Below, one piece after another: positions 62,327 through 64,000 of a stretch of DNA of 64,000 nt. A program made the translations under genes and the position numbers. This DNA comes from Bdellovibrionales bacterium (GTDB lineage: Bacteria > Bdellovibrionota > Bacteriovoracia > Bacteriovoracales > Bacteriovoracaceae), in the NCBI GenBank assembly GCA_018646675.1, contig JABGUH010000039.1:3833-67832 (forward strand), in the 5' to 3' direction. The notes beneath the pieces are model-generated. The model did no database searches. It saw nothing but the letters and a program-made list of their open reading frames with translations, and had not been told where the DNA came from. How positions within the stretch are numbered: position 1 is the first letter of the stretch; every line of letters starts with the position of its first letter.

Positions 62327-64000
62327 CTACTCCCTTGGCTTGCAAAAACGTAGTGCATGGGTTGAACAGTGCACATTGCCATTACCGACATGAGCATAGT
62401 TCCAAGAGTCAACTAGGCCCGTTTTTAAACCTGTCCTACTCTTCATCTCTTTTTCCAAATATTTTTCAAAGGTGGCATTTTGTGGATTTGAGAAGATCAT
62501 CTTATCCCCGGCCAAGACACCATTAGTGGGATTGGGCAGGAAGGAGCTACCAAGACCTTTTTTAAGATCATACAGCTCATTTCCATCATCACCAGTTGAA
62601 ATATTGAGCCCCGACTCTGCCTCAGGATAGAAAATATTGGGTACCTCAATAAAATCGACCTTACCTCGACACTCTGGCATCCGTCCAAAGATCCTCGTCT
62701 CCAGCTCTTTGCGTGCAGCATCCATCTTCTTTTGTACCAACTCGTTGTACTTTTTCAATTCACTGTCTTGTTGATAGCCGTTGAGAAAATCACCATTGGT
62801 CATCTTTGATACCTCATTACGATAATCACTATCGCTAGAACAATCTTTAGGCTCAGCGATATCTTCCTTCTGATCTTTAGTTGACATTTTAATTACTAAA
62901 CCTGCATAGGCATCAAAGGATAGTAAATTCAGTAGTGCTGATTTAACAGTGGTGCTACTTTTCCCCTTCTCCTTATCCATCTTCTTCTGCTTACTGATAC
63001 CGTGGTATAGTTGACAAAGTCGCATTCCAGCAGAGACATCATAGTCCCTTCCATTATCCAAGGAGATCAAAAATCGATCTCGACGAGCCTTTTCAATCAC
63101 CATCTGATCACTACCGTAGTGATCAAAATTAAGAAATGGTTGATGTTGATCATCTTTCATCAACTCCAGTGCCTTGCGTGGGCTGGCCAGCATGATATTA
63201 AAACCACACTTGCCACCACTCTTATCGGGAATTACTTTATAGACCTCATCACTATGGCCGACTACTAACCAGTCAACATCGATTGCGATGACATTTTCCT
63301 CTTTACCACAGAAGTGCTCTGCGTAGTCCTTATAATCCATATTGTCGCCTACGACACAGAATCCCCCTGGTGTAGCTTCAATATTGCCTCCATAGAGAGG
63401 AGCATCGTTACTATATTTTTCTTTAATCCTCTTTAATGCCTCATCGTTAGGCGGTAATCCATCACCTACTTTAATTTGACACTGATTATTGGCACCAATC
63501 CCTTTAATGGTATCGGTACCAATTGCCCCCAGTCGACTACGATAGGTTAGCACCTCACGCATCTGAGCATTGCCTGTTTTAGGGTCGAACATCGATTCAA
63601 AGTAATCCTGCTGCCAAGTATATCCTGTCGCTGGAACAAACTGGATATTTGCTAAGATCTGCTCAACCCGGCCAGTTACACGCAATAATGCATTTGCATC
63701 GAGTCTCTTTCCCACTACCAATTTTTCTAGCAACTGCTTTTTAACATTGCTTCTAATCTTCTCTACACTCTCTGACTTCTCTGTCGGCACAAAAAATAAC
63801 GGCATCTCTCGATTCAGATGTCCATCAACAATGTTGGAGATAAAAGATGATGCGTAGTTTGTATCATTGTCTGATGCCATCCCTCTAGTGGAGACAACAT
63901 ATGCTTGTGCAGGATAACTCTCATCCAAGACTGTGGCACCACTGTTAGGGCAGAGGGGGGCATTGGCACTACTAGGACAGTTACTACTACTAGAACTAGT
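62327..64000 (-). CDS. Eukaryote-type protein-arginine deiminase (PAD) catalytic-domain homologue; 5' end outside the window
   Basis: Segments align with human PAD4 as I remember it. YTWQQDYFE matches WMQDEME. DWLVVGHSDEVYKVIP...FNIMLASPRKALELM matches DWLSVGHVDEFLSFVP...FRLLLASPRSCYKLF. SFLPNPTNGVLAGDKM matches FFPNMVNMLVLGKHL. HVGNGNVHCSTH matches HIRHGEVHCGTN. The track starts at TTG 63928. My translation shows the frame stays open to base 64000 (...TSSSSSNCPSSANAPLCPNSGATVLDESY...), so the gene is truncated by the window edge. Confidence 0.75.
   Translation of the reverse strand, partial: TSSSSSNCPSSANAPLCPNSGATVLDESYPAQAYVVSTRGMASDNDTNYASSFISNIVDGHLNREMPLFFVPTEKSESVEKIRSNVKKQLLEKLVVGKRLDANALLRVTGRVEQILANIQFVPATGYTWQQDYFESMFDPKTGNAQMREVLTYRSRLGAIGTDTIKGIGANNQCQIKVGDGLPPNDEALKRIKEKYSNDAPLYGGNIEATPGGFCVVGDNMDYKDYAEHFCGKEENVIAIDVDWLVVGHSDEVYKVIPDKSGGKCGFNIMLASPRKALELMKDDQHQPFLNFDHYGSDQMVIEKARRDRFLISLDNGRDYDVSAGMRLCQLYHGISKQKKMDKEKGKSSTTVKSALLNLLSFDAYAGLVIKMSTKDQKEDIAEPKDCSSDSDYRNEVSKMTNGDFLNGYQQDSELKKYNELVQKKMDAARKELETRIFGRMPECRGKVDFIEVPNIFYPEAESGLNISTGDDGNELYDLKKGLGSSFLPNPTNGVLAGDKMIFSNPQNATFEKYLEKEMKSRTGLKTGLVDSWNYAHVGNGNVHCSTHALRFCKPRE

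Noticed and set aside
63926-63928. TTG at 63928 as the true start of the PAD-like gene (track start)
   Set aside because: The frame stays open to the window edge. The upstream Ser/Cys/Pro-rich sequence looks like a linker after an export signal. No RBS precedes the TTG. I therefore annotate the gene as 5'-truncated.

Overview
64-kb chromosomal window from a diderm (Gram-negative-type) bacterium. It looks moderately AT-rich by eye; I did not compute composition. I cannot place the taxon from sequence alone. Many PilZ receptors, orphan Cys-rich secreted proteins and lipoproteins, and several eukaryote-like enzymes would fit a predatory or host-associated lineage (low confidence). I support about 58 protein-coding genes. 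By eye I found no rRNA, tRNA, CRISPR array, transposase or integrase. Recognisable housekeeping genes are tgt, fetAB, a CDF transporter, trkAH, a GGDEF cyclase, recQ, rmlA/C/D and pyk. Items worth follow-up, strongest first: (1) At the right edge, a eukaryote-type protein-arginine deiminase (PAD) homologue keeps all four catalytic residues. It appears exported and is co-transcribed with a small secreted protein. (2) An 8-gene operon (17.3-26.3 kb) joins an FdrA/DUF1116/DUF2877 trio to a three-subunit molybdenum hydroxylase, a cyclase-family amidohydrolase and an isochorismatase-family hydrolase. I read it as an undescribed N-heterocycle or ureide catabolic module. (3) A 4-gene type III PKS / MMPL-like exporter / flavoprotein / YceI operon is a likely phenolic-lipid cluster. 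(4) Three tandem PilZ-domain paralogues. (5) A DEAD-box helicase fused to a complete Jag/KhpB-like module. (6) An orphan pseudopilin trio ending in a TadG-N/FecR fusion. (7) A His-Asp-His-Asp phosphorelay locus wrapped around a FadL plus secreted SCP2 lipid-uptake pair. Smaller observations: trkA needs a non-canonical ATC start to keep its Rossmann motif. A TAGTG stop/start overlap recurs three times. Twin reverse-complement hairpins sit between convergent genes. All family calls rest on motif recognition by eye and remembered reference sequences. No database search was run.
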